Below the pieces are notes generated by a model. It made no database searches, had not been told where the DNA came from, and was given only the letters and a program-made list of their open reading frames with translations. A stretch of DNA of 64,000 bases from Phoronis australis (lineage: Eukaryota > Animalia > Phoronida): assembly GCA_002633005.1 (NCBI GenBank), contig NMRA01000016.1, forward strand, positions 1,717,766 to 1,781,765. Reading direction: 5' to 3'. Positions 11,731-24,800 of this stretch are shown one piece after another. Made by a program: the position numbers and the translations under genes. Position 1 is the stretch's first letter. The number at the start of each line of letters is the position of its first letter.

Positions 11731-14700
11731 GGCCATCACATGGTATCGTACGAGGACGAACGGAAAAATCGTATTTGCCAATCGTCCACCCTATGGTCAT
11801 CAGGGTCTCCTATTAGAGACGATGTTTATTGATTTCAGCTCACCTAGACCCCGGCAGAGTGAGTTGTGTATTATAGAGACCTGGCTTCTATTAGAATCAA
11901 GCTTAACTGTATTGTGGTTCTTAGTTGTCCTTAAATCTATGGGTCTTGCATTGTAGACAGACTGGGTTGTTTTCAGCATGTTATAATGCAACTTGACCTA
12001 AATCTTAGATTAGGGGAAGTGCAACGTCAAGTTGTTAAGTGGATTTTACTATTTCAAAAATAAACTTGAAGTATTGAGCTCGGGATAAGTGTGACGGCGA
12101 TCACGTTGCTGTTGACTGACGTAAGACTTCCGTAATCGCTTGCCGTGTTCACTTGTAATTGTTTTGTACACGTGAAAAGTGGCTTAAGCGAAAAAAAACA
12201 TGGGTCGTGATTCGAGTCACGTCTAACTTTTCAACACGGATTTTTCACTCAAACATTTACTTGAACAATGTCTGATGAGCTAGTTTTGGGTTCTAACCAG
12301 CTCATACACTGTACGTGGATTCGATGTATGTTGATCCAAAATGTACCCATGCATTGTGATTGAACGACAACTTTTGCTGATACGCCACCGTTCGGTCACT
12401 GTTGTGAGATTTTCATCAAACATTAAGGGAGGTGTCGAGCTCCCTTGAAGTTAAGGAAAAGTTAAGGAAAGCCTTAGCTAAATAAATGAATCTTCCGTGA
12501 CTTGAGGAAAAACTTAAGATTTTTCTAAAGATAAGAATAACTTAAGGAATTTGTCAAAATATGAGAAAATCACCACAACTCAGGGAGTTTGTTACCGCGT
12601 TAGCATGCCAAGCGCTACTATCAATAACTTCAAGCCCTGGGCAGTAAAAATAAAATGCTGCATTAAACACCTGTCTTACATCTCCTGTCCAATTAGAATG
12701 TACATGTATATACAGACATGTGTAACATACACGTAAGAAAGGGAAAGTATTTGGAGCCACCAAGAAGTTTAAAGTCGTCAAACTTTGGCTGCGGTTGTCA
12801 CTAATTTTGACCCGCCAATGTGACCGTAGATCCCCAGTCCCAGAAAAGGCATCACTTTCACACCCACGTTGCCACCAAGTTCACGCACCCGGCATCACCC
12901 AAGCGTTGCGAATTAAGGAGGGGGGGGGGGGTTGTGCACGTGCCTCCCAGATCCCAACGGTCCCGCATATCAATATTCATTTAATCAATTCTAGTTGTAG
13001 AACGTGACGTCGTTGTAATTTCAACACTGTTCACACTCTTATTTATTTACAATGCTTATCTCGTGAAGAGTTAAGCGCCATGATAAGAAATATTGTCACA
13101 CGATTCTCGCTCACTACCGTCAGTAGCGACGATTTCGACTTAATATCGTGTAACAATTTTCTCAAATTTACAATGTAATTCCATTGCGATGTATTGAACA
13201 CTTCATGCATTTTACGCACTTGGCTATCAAACTACAATTGATAAAATTGAAAACTTTTTTCGAGCGAAACCGGAAAAGAAAGTTGACCATGGCGATTGCT
13301 TGAATTAATAATTTTTAACAAAGTGTTTTTTGAAAACGAATGTGTAGGGATTCAGTTGACGGTTGATGACAGAAATTATTTTACGTTAATTTTAATTAAA
13401 CTTTCAGGGTATAGTTGACCCGTTTGAGGTCAACGGCATAGTTTTCTGCGGAGCGACGTCCTGTTCCAGGCGGAGAGTGTCGGAATTAATACCCAACCTT
13501 GCAACGCGACCAAACGATGTTCTTTTGGCGGGTTATCCCAAGTGCGGCAACCATTGGATGAAATACATTCTGGCCCTGATGCATTCCGAAGACGACTTCG
13601 ACAAGGTTAACCAGTCATTTATTGGCGAACAGGTGGAGTTTTTGGAGGTCGTCAGTCCTCGCAATGGCGAGAGTGACGATGATGCGTTTGCGCGTTGGGA
13701 GGCATCAACGAAACCGCGTCTGTGGAACACCCATCTTCCATGGAATATGCTGCCGTCTAGCGTTCACGAGGGAAAGTGCAAAGTTATCCTCATGCTCCGA
13801 AATCCAAAGGACTTGGTAGTAAGCTATTATAATTTCCACAAATCATTTGTTTTGCTTGGTTGCTACCAAGGTACATTTACGGATTTCCTTAATGTTTTCT
13901 TTAGTGATAAGGGTCTGGTTTTTGGCAACTATTTTGATTTGTACAAAAGTTATTTGAAACATCAATCAAATGAGAACATGCTCATTGTACATTTCGAAGA
14001 CCTTTTAAAAGACTTGCGAGGCGAAATCAAACGACTAGCGGATTTTTTAGGGAGAAACTTGTCCGGAGATCAAATTGACAAAATTTCTAAGATGACGTCC
14101 TTTGTCGAAATGAAGAAAAGTGGTGCCATGGCGTTGTGGGAAAATATGCCCGAGCAGTACCTCAACCGGCAAGTGTCGCCGTTCATGAGAAAGGGTGTGA
14201 AAGGTGACTGGAAAACTGTGTTCACAGTTGCTGATAACGAGAGATTTGACAAGGAATATAAGTCAAAAATGGCGGATATTAACATTGAAACAAGACATTG
14301 ACATAAGTATTGTAGACGCTGACTGCTCATTCAGAAGACTGCATGATAATAGTCATTATACTGGAAGTGAACAGGTGCGTACGAGCATGCAGTCCAGTAC
14401 TGTTGTACATGCCATTTTCAAAATGTTTCGGTGTATTCAAGAGATTGTATTTTAGGTGAAAATTAGACTCATGGTGCAAACAGCATAGATGGTTTCCTCC
14501 GCTGGACACGCCTTTACTTCAAAAACGCACACTCAGGGGTCTCAGTTCGAAGAGAATGCCGCATCAGTGTCGATAACGCAAAACAATGTCACCATTGCCC
14601 TCCTTGGTTCTGCCAAGGACGAAATGTCTAAAATAAAACAGTGGTTATCTTATTTTTGCATACAAGCTGTATAACAAAGCTAACAGTGCCAATCGGGCTA

Positions 14701-15680
14701 TTGTCTCGGGTGTTTACAATGGTTTATATGGAGGTATCAAGCTATAATCCAAACATAAACAAACCGCCATTTCCCTGACTGTTGGCCAATGGAGGGAAGC
14801 AGTGTTTCCATTTGAAACCGGCTCACTGTCAGAATGTGAACACAAGTTTGCAACTTTATGTGATTTCACTTTCATGAAATGTTTATTTTTCAGTGAAACA
14901 TACAGGTTAACTGTGTCCTAGCATATAGGTTTAAGATCGCTGCGCATCCTTGGTTATAGGCCACAAATGTGGGGGTGTTGGCAAATCGCACTGACGTCGC
15001 TGTAATCGAGGTAACTCAGATCGCGTTTCGGCGTTGTTGTGCAGTTCTGCGTAAGGTCATTCTGTTTGCTGTCCGTGACGCTGCGTTGTATCCGATTCTC
15101 GCCTGGGGTAGAGTTGTTTTCTAATTGTTCCATTTGATCGTTTCCGCAATAAAAAAATCTGTGTAATGACCTGACACCACGTCCACTGACGTTCTTTCCT
15201 TTTGACTGCAATTACGTAAGCCTAAAGCCTACACTGTACGTACCTCGGTTGTGCGCTTCAAACGCAATAAAGAGTGAAAGGAAAGTCATCGTTTTTACGA
15301 CTGAGAAACGCATTTTTTGTATTACAATTGGTAGTTTTCTGATTATACTGTGTAGCACAGCACGTGGTTCATAAACCTAAAACCACAAGCTAATGATTAA
15401 CAGTCTAATATAAAAATATGTATAGCTGTACTACAGGTGGCGCGCATTGAAATAAGCCAATTATAGAGCGAGATGAAAGTTTGCAACATTGTATTTTGAT
15501 GAAAAATAAACGGATCGGCAAACTTTGACTTTTTAATCCGAAATTTTGTCGCTACTAAATAAATCTTTCAGAGAATTGCAGAAAATCAATGTGTACAAGC
15601 AAAAATGCTTAATAACCTCGACACACAGTATTTAATAAACTCACCCATAACAAGTTGTTCCGTTCAGACAAGTGGTATTT
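11731..15680 (+). repeat. Tandem duplication unit 2, with a copy-specific ~0.9 kb insertion at ~14487-15383
   Basis: Collinear with 526-3750. Homology breaks after aaacagcata (~14487) and resumes at acaagctaat..ttaacagtcta (~15384). Confidence 0.85.
13408..14301 (+). CDS. Cytosolic sulfotransferase (SULT1-like), copy 2; large terminal coding exon (297 aa)
   Basis: Same acceptor (aaactttcag|GGT), same 894-nt length and the same motifs as copy 1. About 20 aa differences by manual comparison. Confidence 0.93.
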   Translation, partial: GIVDPFEVNGIVFCGATSCSRRRVSELIPNLATRPNDVLLAGYPKCGNHWMKYILALMHSEDDFDKVNQSFIGEQVEFLEVVSPRNGESDDDAFARWEASTKPRLWNTHLPWNMLPSSVHEGKCKVILMLRNPKDLVVSYYNFHKSFVLLGCYQGTFTDFLNVFFSDKGLVFGNYFDLYKSYLKHQSNENMLIVHFEDLLKDLRGEIKRLADFLGRNLSGDQIDKISKMTSFVEMKKSGAMALWENMPEQYLNRQVSPFMRKGVKGDWKTVFTVADNERFDKEYKSKMADINIETRH

Positions 15681-18600
15681 GTCTGGTTATATCGGCTGCG
15701 TACGTGACGATTGGAATGGACGCTATTACTTACGAGGAGACAGATGGTCTCTGCGGATTGAGCTGCTTACTGCTCTTTGGAAAATCCGGGTTCGAATCCT
15801 GGGTTTACTGGCCTACAATCGAGCATTGGACAAGGGTGTCTCCCTGTTGTCTGATTTCGGTACTTGTGACTGTATGTAAGGGAGTGTATGAGAACACGAT
15901 GTGCAAATATTTTTTGGTATACTAGTATTTTTGCTTTATCTAGTAGTAATTATATTTTGGGCATTATCGATTTTGAGGCCGAAGCATGTTATATTTGGGA
16001 TCATTCTGTGATGGGATAAACTTCTGGAAAATATCACCTTTGACCAGAGCTACAAAACAACACAATTCGTTGTGTTTTTGTGATCTTATTACAAATCGCC
16101 TATTCTCGCCGTTGACGCCAAATCCAGGTTAGTGATTGCAGGGCCGCCAAGCGTACGAGTTTCCATTGGGTGCGCTTGAGAGGATTCGGCAAGCTGAAGG
16201 TGAAGTCAACCGTCAATCCTTGTTACCCCTCTCTAGTCACCACCTTATCCTGTCATTAAATTTAACCCCTCTGGTCATACAGGGAGACTGTCTGTCAGGA
16301 TACTAGCTGGACCGTTCATGGAAAGGGGGCCGCAATGATGGAATCAACTGCCTCTTTTCCTGGAGAAATCGTCCATCACTTCTTGGAGGGTCATGCCGTG
16401 TTAACCGTCATTTTCCCCCATTTTTAACAATACAGCATTTCATTTCAAGTAGCCCCATTTCAGACGGGGTCTTCACTTCGAGAGGTTGCCTATTTACCCC
16501 GCCCAAATCTAACTATTCACGAAGGAAGTAGATAAGAATTCAAATTCGTCAAAAACCAAAAATGTTCTTGTATGGCAGAGCAACATCAGGATCTGCGGCC
16601 CAAATGACCAAAAACGTAAGCTTGCATTGAAAAAAATACAACTGAATAGACCACTATTGAAAGTATGTCATGGGAGTTTGAAGAAGGTGAAGACCAATAA
16701 TTATGAATTATGCATAGGGAATATTTCCATTGTTCTATACTGACGAGATTATAGATACTTTTAAAATAATTCCAAGAATAATGCTTCTTTTGAAGATCGT
16801 TATTACGAAAACACTGTTGGTGAAGAGGGAGCAGTTGCTAGGAGACCAAAGAATGTCGATCAGATTGCCGGCCTTAATTTCGGTGAATGTCTGGTAGACA
16901 ATGGCGATGATTGGCGTTTTTTGATATAAATCACAAAAAAAAAATATATATTATTGTCTCATTACCCTCGTGAAAGCTAATAGCTTCAAAATGGCTGCCA
17001 CATCCACCAAGTATGAATGCGTTTCTTAGGTCCTAACAATAATCATATCCGTTTAAATACGCTTAAATTACTCTTCCAATGCTCGAGTGAGATTGATGTC
17101 CAGCAGAGAGTTTGGCTGCGTCTGTGAAGTTTCTGGGCCCTTTTCGGGTTTCTGGCGTGTCCTTACAGAGTGCAATTTTTCTGTCATGGCTTATTCGATG
17201 ATCAGTGTGGTGCTATTGTTAATTCTAAAACTGTTTTGGCCAGTACATCGAATATCTAATACAGTTCAGTTTTTGAGTCCTTTGCAAGGTTCTCTGGGAC
17301 CACAACCAAAGTGCAGACACTGGAAGACATCTATTTCCGTGCATACGGGAGTGCACTGGAGCGCTCCTGTGGTTAGATGTTGACATGGTAAGTGCTCTGG
17401 GTTGCTAAGGCAGGAACTGGCATTAGTACTAACGTATGGGTGCATTTATGAGACACCCTGTACAGTGGATATCACTTAGAAACTTGGCGGCACTTCCGTT
17501 TAAACAAGGGATTTTGAAAGAGCCCCAAAGGCAATGCGCCAAGAACCCAGGAAACCCCACCCTCCGATGAAGTGACCGTAGACCTCATTTTTACTATCTG
17601 TAAGATTTTTTTGAAACATGCATACTGAAGTTTCTGGTGGCTAACGCGACGGGGTTTCCCCCGTGCCTACGGTGACGACCGTGGTGTGAGGTGCAGAGGC
17701 GGTGACTATGTAAAGTTATCTGAAATTTGGGAACCCAGCAGGGGTCAAACGTTTGGCGAAATCGTAATGGTTTGTCCCCTTCCAATAATTTGTCACTTCT
17801 CATGGGCCTGTTAAGGGACGACCTCCTTTTTTACTTGATGTTGGCTCTGCGATCAATTTGATTTTTAGAAAACCGCATTTTGTTTAAAAAACACAGTCAA
17901 ATCAACAATGAATCTAAGAATTCTGAAATGTTCTCAGTCTTTGGATTATCAAAACTGCAAGAAGTGAATGTCAGTTCCTTCCTGATTTTAAAAGACGGTG
18001 CGACGGATTTGACACTTGAAAGTTTAGGGTTCACTTGAATGTTGTTAAATTAAAAACATTCATTGTTTACCAAGTGTAACATTAATGTTGTATTGACGTA
18101 AGCATTACAAGAGTTAGAACGTTCTTGATAGATTTGGAAGCAAATAGTAAATTTTATGTTAAAGTTTTGAAAGAAGTCATTCCCAATTATACAGGGTCGT
18201 TATTTATGTTACCAAATTAACTGGCGACAATGTCATTTTCGTAACACTTTTCTGGTAACAATTTTAATAACATAAATGTTTAGAATGGTTGTACCAATTT
18301 TCATCACCCAGAGGGGCTCATGAATTCAGCAGTCTGTTTTAAATTTGTATTCTAATGTCAAAAATAACAAACTGCGCGTCTAAATTTTGTGGAAAGTTCA
18401 AGCACGGGGACTTTTTACTTCTATACAAATACAAAAGTTTGTCACACCAAAACATGAAAACATATATACTCCCAAAATGGGGACAAGTTATTTTATGACA
18501 CCATGTGTTTTACGGTACAAGCATAAAACCGACTGTGTCCATTACAAGTCACCGACAAACTACACGAAAAACGCGGCCTTCATACATGTAAATCATTAAC

Positions 18601-18807
18601 AACAAAAACAATCCACTCAATCATGACTTTCAACAAACCACATTTTTTCACGCAAGCAAAGGCAGAAAATAACTTAGACCGCAGTAGACCAATAGGTTGC
18701 ATATCCAACATCGCATATTCCTTAAAATATTCAACAAAAACACATAATGGTAACTAGAAATAAAGTTAAAAGTAAAAAAATATACTATTTAATGAGAAAA
18801 AACAAAC

Positions 18808-18813
18808 TTTATT
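18808..18813 (-). promoter_or_regulatory. Candidate polyadenylation signal of TNF gene A
   Basis: The minus strand reads TGA-G-AATAAA directly after the stop codon. Confidence 0.35.
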
Positions 18814-18814
18814 C

Positions 18815-21800
18815 TCACTGAATCAAAAATGTACCGAAAAAGCTATTTTCCGGGGAAAGGTTATACTTCGTATGTGGCGTGAGTGGTCTCACGTAGAGTC
18901 TGTCTCCAAACTTTAAATAGAAAACACCAGCGTGATAATTCGAGTCCTGAGGTTCGGCGCCTCGCCTACAAAAAGAAACAAGGAGTTTAATTTGAATAAT
19001 CACGGTGTTTGGGGACAAGAATTTTTGTGCAAATTTAATGTCTCAAAACTCGTCCAACATTAACGCGACTGTAATCCCTCCTTCTGTAACAAACATGTGC
19101 TTTTGACATAGATCATTCACCGCTACGGAATTGGTCTAAAGTTCTACTCTTATTTATTCAAGAAATAAGCAATTTTTGGTGTTGAAAAGAATTGACAGTT
19201 TGCCATTGCTTGAGACCAGGCACTACAAGTTGTCTTATCACGACCTGTCAGTTTATTCTCCGAGCGCNNNNNNNNNNNNNNNNNNNNNNNNNNNNNNNNN
19301 NNNNNNNNNNNNNNNNNNNNNNNNNNNNNNNNNNNNNNNNNNNNNNNNNNNNNNNNNNNNNNNNNNNNNNNNNNNNNNNNNNNNNNNNNNNNNNNNNNNN
19401 NNNNNNNNNNNNNNNNNNNNNNNNNNNNNNNNNNNNNNNNNNNNNNNNNNNNNNNNNNNNNNNNNNNNNNNNNNNNNNNNNNNNNNNNNNNNNNNNNNNN
19501 NNNNNNNNNNNNNNNNNNNNNNNNNNNNNNNNNNNNNNNNNNNNNNNNNNNNNNNNNNNNNNNNNNNNNNNNNNNNNNNNNNNNNNNNNNNNNNNNNNNN
19601 NNNNNNNNNNNNNNNNNNNNNNNNNNNNNNNNNNNNNNNNNNNNNNNNNNNNNNNNNNNNNNNNNNNNNNNNNNNNNNNNNNNNNNNNNNNNNNNNNNNN
19701 NNNNNNNNNNNNNNNNNNNNNNNNNNNNNNNNNNNNNNNNNNNNNNNNNNNNNNNNNNNNNNNNNNNNNNNNNNNNNNNNNNNNNNNNNNNNNNNNNNNN
19801 NNNNNNNNNNNNNNNNNNNNNNNNNNNNNNNNNNNNNNNNNNNNNNNNNNNNNNNNNNNNNNNNNNNNNNNNNNNNNNNNNNNNNNNNNNNNNNNNNNNN
19901 NNNNNNNNNNNNNNNNNNNNNNNNNNNNNNNNNNNNNNNNNNNNNNNNNNNNNNNNNNNNNNNNNNNNNNNNNNNNNNNNNNNNNNNNNNNNNNNNNNNN
20001 NNNNNNNNNNNNNNNNNNNNNNNNNNNNNNNNNAGAAATACTAGAGAGGCGCCGTGAACAAGCTCTGACAACGGAACGTATGGAGTTATTTGGTAAGCCG
20101 GCATTCGTCAGGCACTGTCGACGTCTGCAGGCCACAGACACGGAGATGTTTCACGGCCTCATACTTGCTATTTACAGCGTACATTTCATTCTTCACTACC
20201 ATGAGCCACTTCCTAAGCAGTTCGGACTCTCGAGGAAGTAAAAAACGATATGCCCGCTTTCCTCGCAGCTGCTTCGTTCGGACAAGCGGGAACGATGCAC
20301 CGCAACAAAGCGGCATTCTCTCTGCATATGAACCACTGACGTCGCTAGCGTCGTTTCTCACATTCCTCACAGGTTAACGCGACACCTCTTGGCAACGTAA
20401 GGTCGACCGTATGCGAGGCGATGTGGATATAGACCGATTAAGACGACAAAAAAGACTAATTAAATCGGGTGGCATTCTCCTTTAAGGGATACTTAGCCCT
20501 ATACTAGGTATTTCACACCAAACCAATCTCTCGTTCAGTAACGCTAGGACCTCGCTAAAAAGCAAGACTTCGTGAGATTACGTGATATATGACCGTGTAT
20601 TTCAAATGAGAACACTTGATGATTTTAGCTAGGTCCTAGCATGGGTCCTAGCGTTACTGAACGCACGCCAGTCTTCCTTTCCGTAGAAGTGAAAATTTAG
20701 CGAACACGCCAGACTGGAAGATATCACCATGTATCACAAACGAAGCAGGTGCTCACAATAGGTTCCTCAGCGATGTCCTTGCGAAACTATGTTCAGTTTT
20801 GCCACGCGCTGTCGTACAAACAGCCTGGGCGACAAAATTGTTCAGTATAAGGCTAGAATTCTCACAAACCACATTGGTTCTATATTGTTCTTCCAGTCAT
20901 GTTTTGTTGTAGCCAATTATCTATCGCAAACTGTTAGTCAGGCTTGCCCTTCTTAATAAAACGTTTCAAACTTGTTATTATTTTTGAGGAGTTAATAAGT
21001 TGAAGAGGGATACACGGGATTGGATTGTTGCAAGGATTGACGGGATTTACTTTTTAATGGCATAAAACAGGATTCAGTGAAAGTTACGTGAATTCAGGCA
21101 AGCGTACATGTAATAACTTTTGTTGCAATCATCGGTGATTTTAAATTACAGTTTTATGGGTTCATAATTGACACTTTGCCTCTCGATTTCGCTAGATATC
21201 TTATTAAAACACACTGCGTTTCAAAATAAAATTTTACCAGACAACAACTCAACAGGTAGAAAGACAGATTACGGGCAAGTGAACGCGTGCTAGACTATCC
21301 ATTTTCGTGACAGCAGGTGATTTTTGGTTTCGAATCCATTCAGTTTGTTCTAGTAAAGGACCAATAAAGTGTATGCACACATCCTTCATGACCTGTCATA
21401 AATAAGGAGATTTTGTATGTTTTGTCCAGCATCGAAACTGCAACCATCACAAGGTCATGAATTAATGGTATTACCACTTGAAGGTTTCGCTAGATGCGTG
21501 CATACACAGAAAAAAATAGCCAGACTGACTCTCAACATATTTTTAGGAAGTGTGCCAAAGTAAGCGTTGTTCATACCCAAGGTGAGGGTTTAAGCACTCC
21601 TTGGTTGAATAATGTCTTGATCCGTAGAAGTTGGTTGTTAACGGATGCGGAAACCAGCGTGCCTTCAAAAACTTCTGGTTGGTGTGTCCTCCACTAAGAG
21701 GAAACCTCTTCTTTACCACACGTATGCTCAATAACATTGTAAAGAGGAACTTGCACGCTAATTCATTATCTCTGTGACTGCTTGGTCAACTTAGTTAGAA

Positions 21801-24800
21801 ACAACAACATATAGCGACGGCGTGCATATGAAGTAGGTTGAAAATTGCGAACATTTTCAAGAAAAATTTTGTGTCGAAAATGATCCGCGAGTAAGTATCG
21901 TGACTTGGAGTTAGGGAACGACAGTGCATGATGCAGGTTATGTAAGCTACCAAGCTCCCGTCATTTGTGCAGAGGCCACTAATTTGTATATTTTTCGTTT
22001 TCACACTTACAAGTTGTCAATGAATACAACTGCACTTTGTTTAGCGTAGAAAAAGTTCAAACTGCATCGGTTTTTAGTTCCTGCTACACATTAGCGTACT
22101 TAGGAGCATGCAAATGCAACTTTAAAGTAACACTGTCGTTTAGTTCCTTCTACGCATAAGCGTGTTTAGGAACGTGCAAATACATCTTTAAGGATTTTGC
22201 ATGACGTCAGCACGTCTTGTTCATTTGAATGCCATAACTTTCTCACTCTTAGTAGGCAGCAACATTCTTAGTGATTTCACTGTATGCAGACGGTCCAATC
22301 TCATTCTCTATTGTATACAGCCAACCCCAAAAGGCAGGTGCATATTAATTTTGAGTTGTAATTAGAATGGGCGATGCGAAAAATTTGTCAAGTTGGCTCC
22401 AGCAGGCTCACTTGAACCAGACTGTGCGTGGTGCTCGTTTGTCACAGGCATTCAGTGTACGAGTAGGGTGATAGTTATACAGAAGCGCGCGCGGTGAGTT
22501 CAAAGCAAGACATTCACAAGACACTTGCGGAGAGACATTTATGGTGATATCTCGCAAAGACTTGCGTGATCTCGACAAACTCGCAATAAGCTACTAGCTT
22601 ATGCTCTTATGGAACGCAGCCCTATTCTTAAAGAAATAATATTCACAGATTTTAAAGTTGGATTTAGGCTTGTACTCTAATAAAAGTGATATGATGACCT
22701 TCCTTGCCTAACGGGATTCTACGAAACTGCCCGCGACTCAAGAAAACGCTGCAGAATGTATATGAGCTGACCACACCGGAAATTGCGAAAATGAGAAAGG
22801 CGCATGATTCCTTGCCAGTGACTTGAGTTGGCATCTCATTCGGCAGTAATTTCAGATCGGTTAAACGCGGTACGTTTTTTAAAGATCAAAGCGCTTCAAA
22901 ATTCACAGCTAAGCAACAGGGAAGTGCCTATTTAGTAAAAACCGTACCTTTTCACTGTCGTATGAACACTTCTCATTAGGACTGTAGTCGTGTGGCTTCC
23001 ATAGCGTCTTAAGACGGTTTCATGACCGACCTGCTTCGTGCTGGAAGAGACAAAGTAGCGCGCATCAGACGAATCACGCTGAACACAGATTAAGCTTTGG
23101 AATGATTGGTATAGGCATTGGTAAAATTAAACTGCGCCTTAAACTATCAGAAAGGAGCCGTTTAAAACTCATACTTTTCAAATTTTATCCAAGATGTATA
23201 GCCACCCTAAATAAGGTAGGTTTTGAACCGTTTCATATCAATCGCAGGTGATGTTTAGATAATTTCATAGTAGAAACCAATAGCTGTAGATTAATGTTTG
23301 GGTCAGATTTTTTAGCCCGACATCATATTTCATAACTTGTCTCGGCTATCAATAGGAAGGACACGTCATTTAAGGATATGTGATATTCTTGAAAAGTGGC
23401 CAAAATTGGCAAACTTTGGACCATCATATCTCAGAATGGCTGATTGGACTCATATGACACTTTCAGATACTACACTTTATCTCCTGTTCTTCAAAACGCT
23501 TTAGGAATTGTTTTGTAAATGCTCCACCTTTGCGATTTTTATGTGGGATAAAACGAAAACGAAACGATAAATTAGGAACTGTACATGTAACAGCGTTTTT
23601 GAGATTTCATCTTTGACATTTACAGTATATTAAACACGTTATTGATAATGCCGTTTTGCTATAGATGTACCTTTCTTTTTTGATCCAAAAAATAGTAGAT
23701 TGCACAGGCTTTTTATGTTCAGAAAACAGGCACTTTTAGAGAGTTAAAACTGTTGTTTTGTACATGGCTCTGGTTTTAGGACAAATCAATACAATAACAC
23801 AAATATATCATAACGACACTATACTGATGCGCTATGTCTATTTACATGTATTCTCTTCTCAAGTGGTCAGGATTCGTGCATACGAGCACGACGTGTGTTG
23901 AAATTGGGTGTTCAAAAAAGCTCTGGCGTTTCGCTCTCTAAAAATAAATAATTCATATTTCCATGTGCAGCCCACATGGTAATGAAGTCTGTACAGTTCA
24001 TTCAGCGTATGGATTAAACGTGTATCTATCAAGTATCAACTGGAAATTAAGAAGCTCCTCGTAGAGCATAAGTTTAGGTGGCACTGAACAGTTAGACTGC
24101 GGCCGCAGCCACTTTGCACTCCCAAAATATTAAAATCTAGGGGTAGGCCAGTCTTGGGAGCATTTTTTAGTTAGATGTTGTGTGTAGGCCCAGTGAATGT
24201 GGTTTGCTTGTATTTGTGAACATGCTGGGAACGAAAAAGACCACTTTCACTGGCTCTTGCTGCACTCTTCTTCAAGATAGTGGCCCCCTGTTGCAATTGT
24301 GCATTGCTGTGTAGCAACTGAGAAATTGGCTGCGATTTTTCAGGTACCCCTCAAACAAGCCAGATTTGCAAAAAACAACTAATTGGTTGCCAGTACCTTT
24401 GGACCATACTTTTGGAATCGGTAGGAAATTTGCTTTCGTAATCTAATGCTGGATTTAGCATCGGCAGGGAAGTGGTGGTTTTGGAGTGAAAAGTGCCGAT
24501 TTTGCATTTTTGCCCTTATTTTTCTTAGTATAGCTTGGTTTCCACTGCGAGTGAAAGGGCCAAAAATACAAGAGAGAATAAATTTTCTGTGCTCATCTGT
24601 AGGGCTTGTGATGTGAAATGACTCAAAACTTTTCTTTATTTGCATGCAGTTTTGGACAAAGTGAAGAACGGGTGAAGAGTCCATTGACGTTTTTTCTGAG
24701 AGGCAAACCACTGTGAGAACTGTTCAGTGCCTCCTTATCCATCCCGTTCACATAGTGTGGAGATCAGCCATACATGGCGGCGCTTTGTTTTGTTATTGCT

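Noticed and set aside
526-15680. SULT pair as an uncollapsed haplotype artefact
   Set aside because: Non-coding flanks differ by many substitutions and large indels, which fits true paralogs better. Read depth would settle it.
16270-18510. Tc1/mariner-like ends (TACAGGG.../...CACCCTGTA)
   Set aside because: Could not pair TIRs convincingly or read a transposase.
19176-20241. Long ORFs of 283-349 aa
   Set aside because: Artefacts of the N gap.
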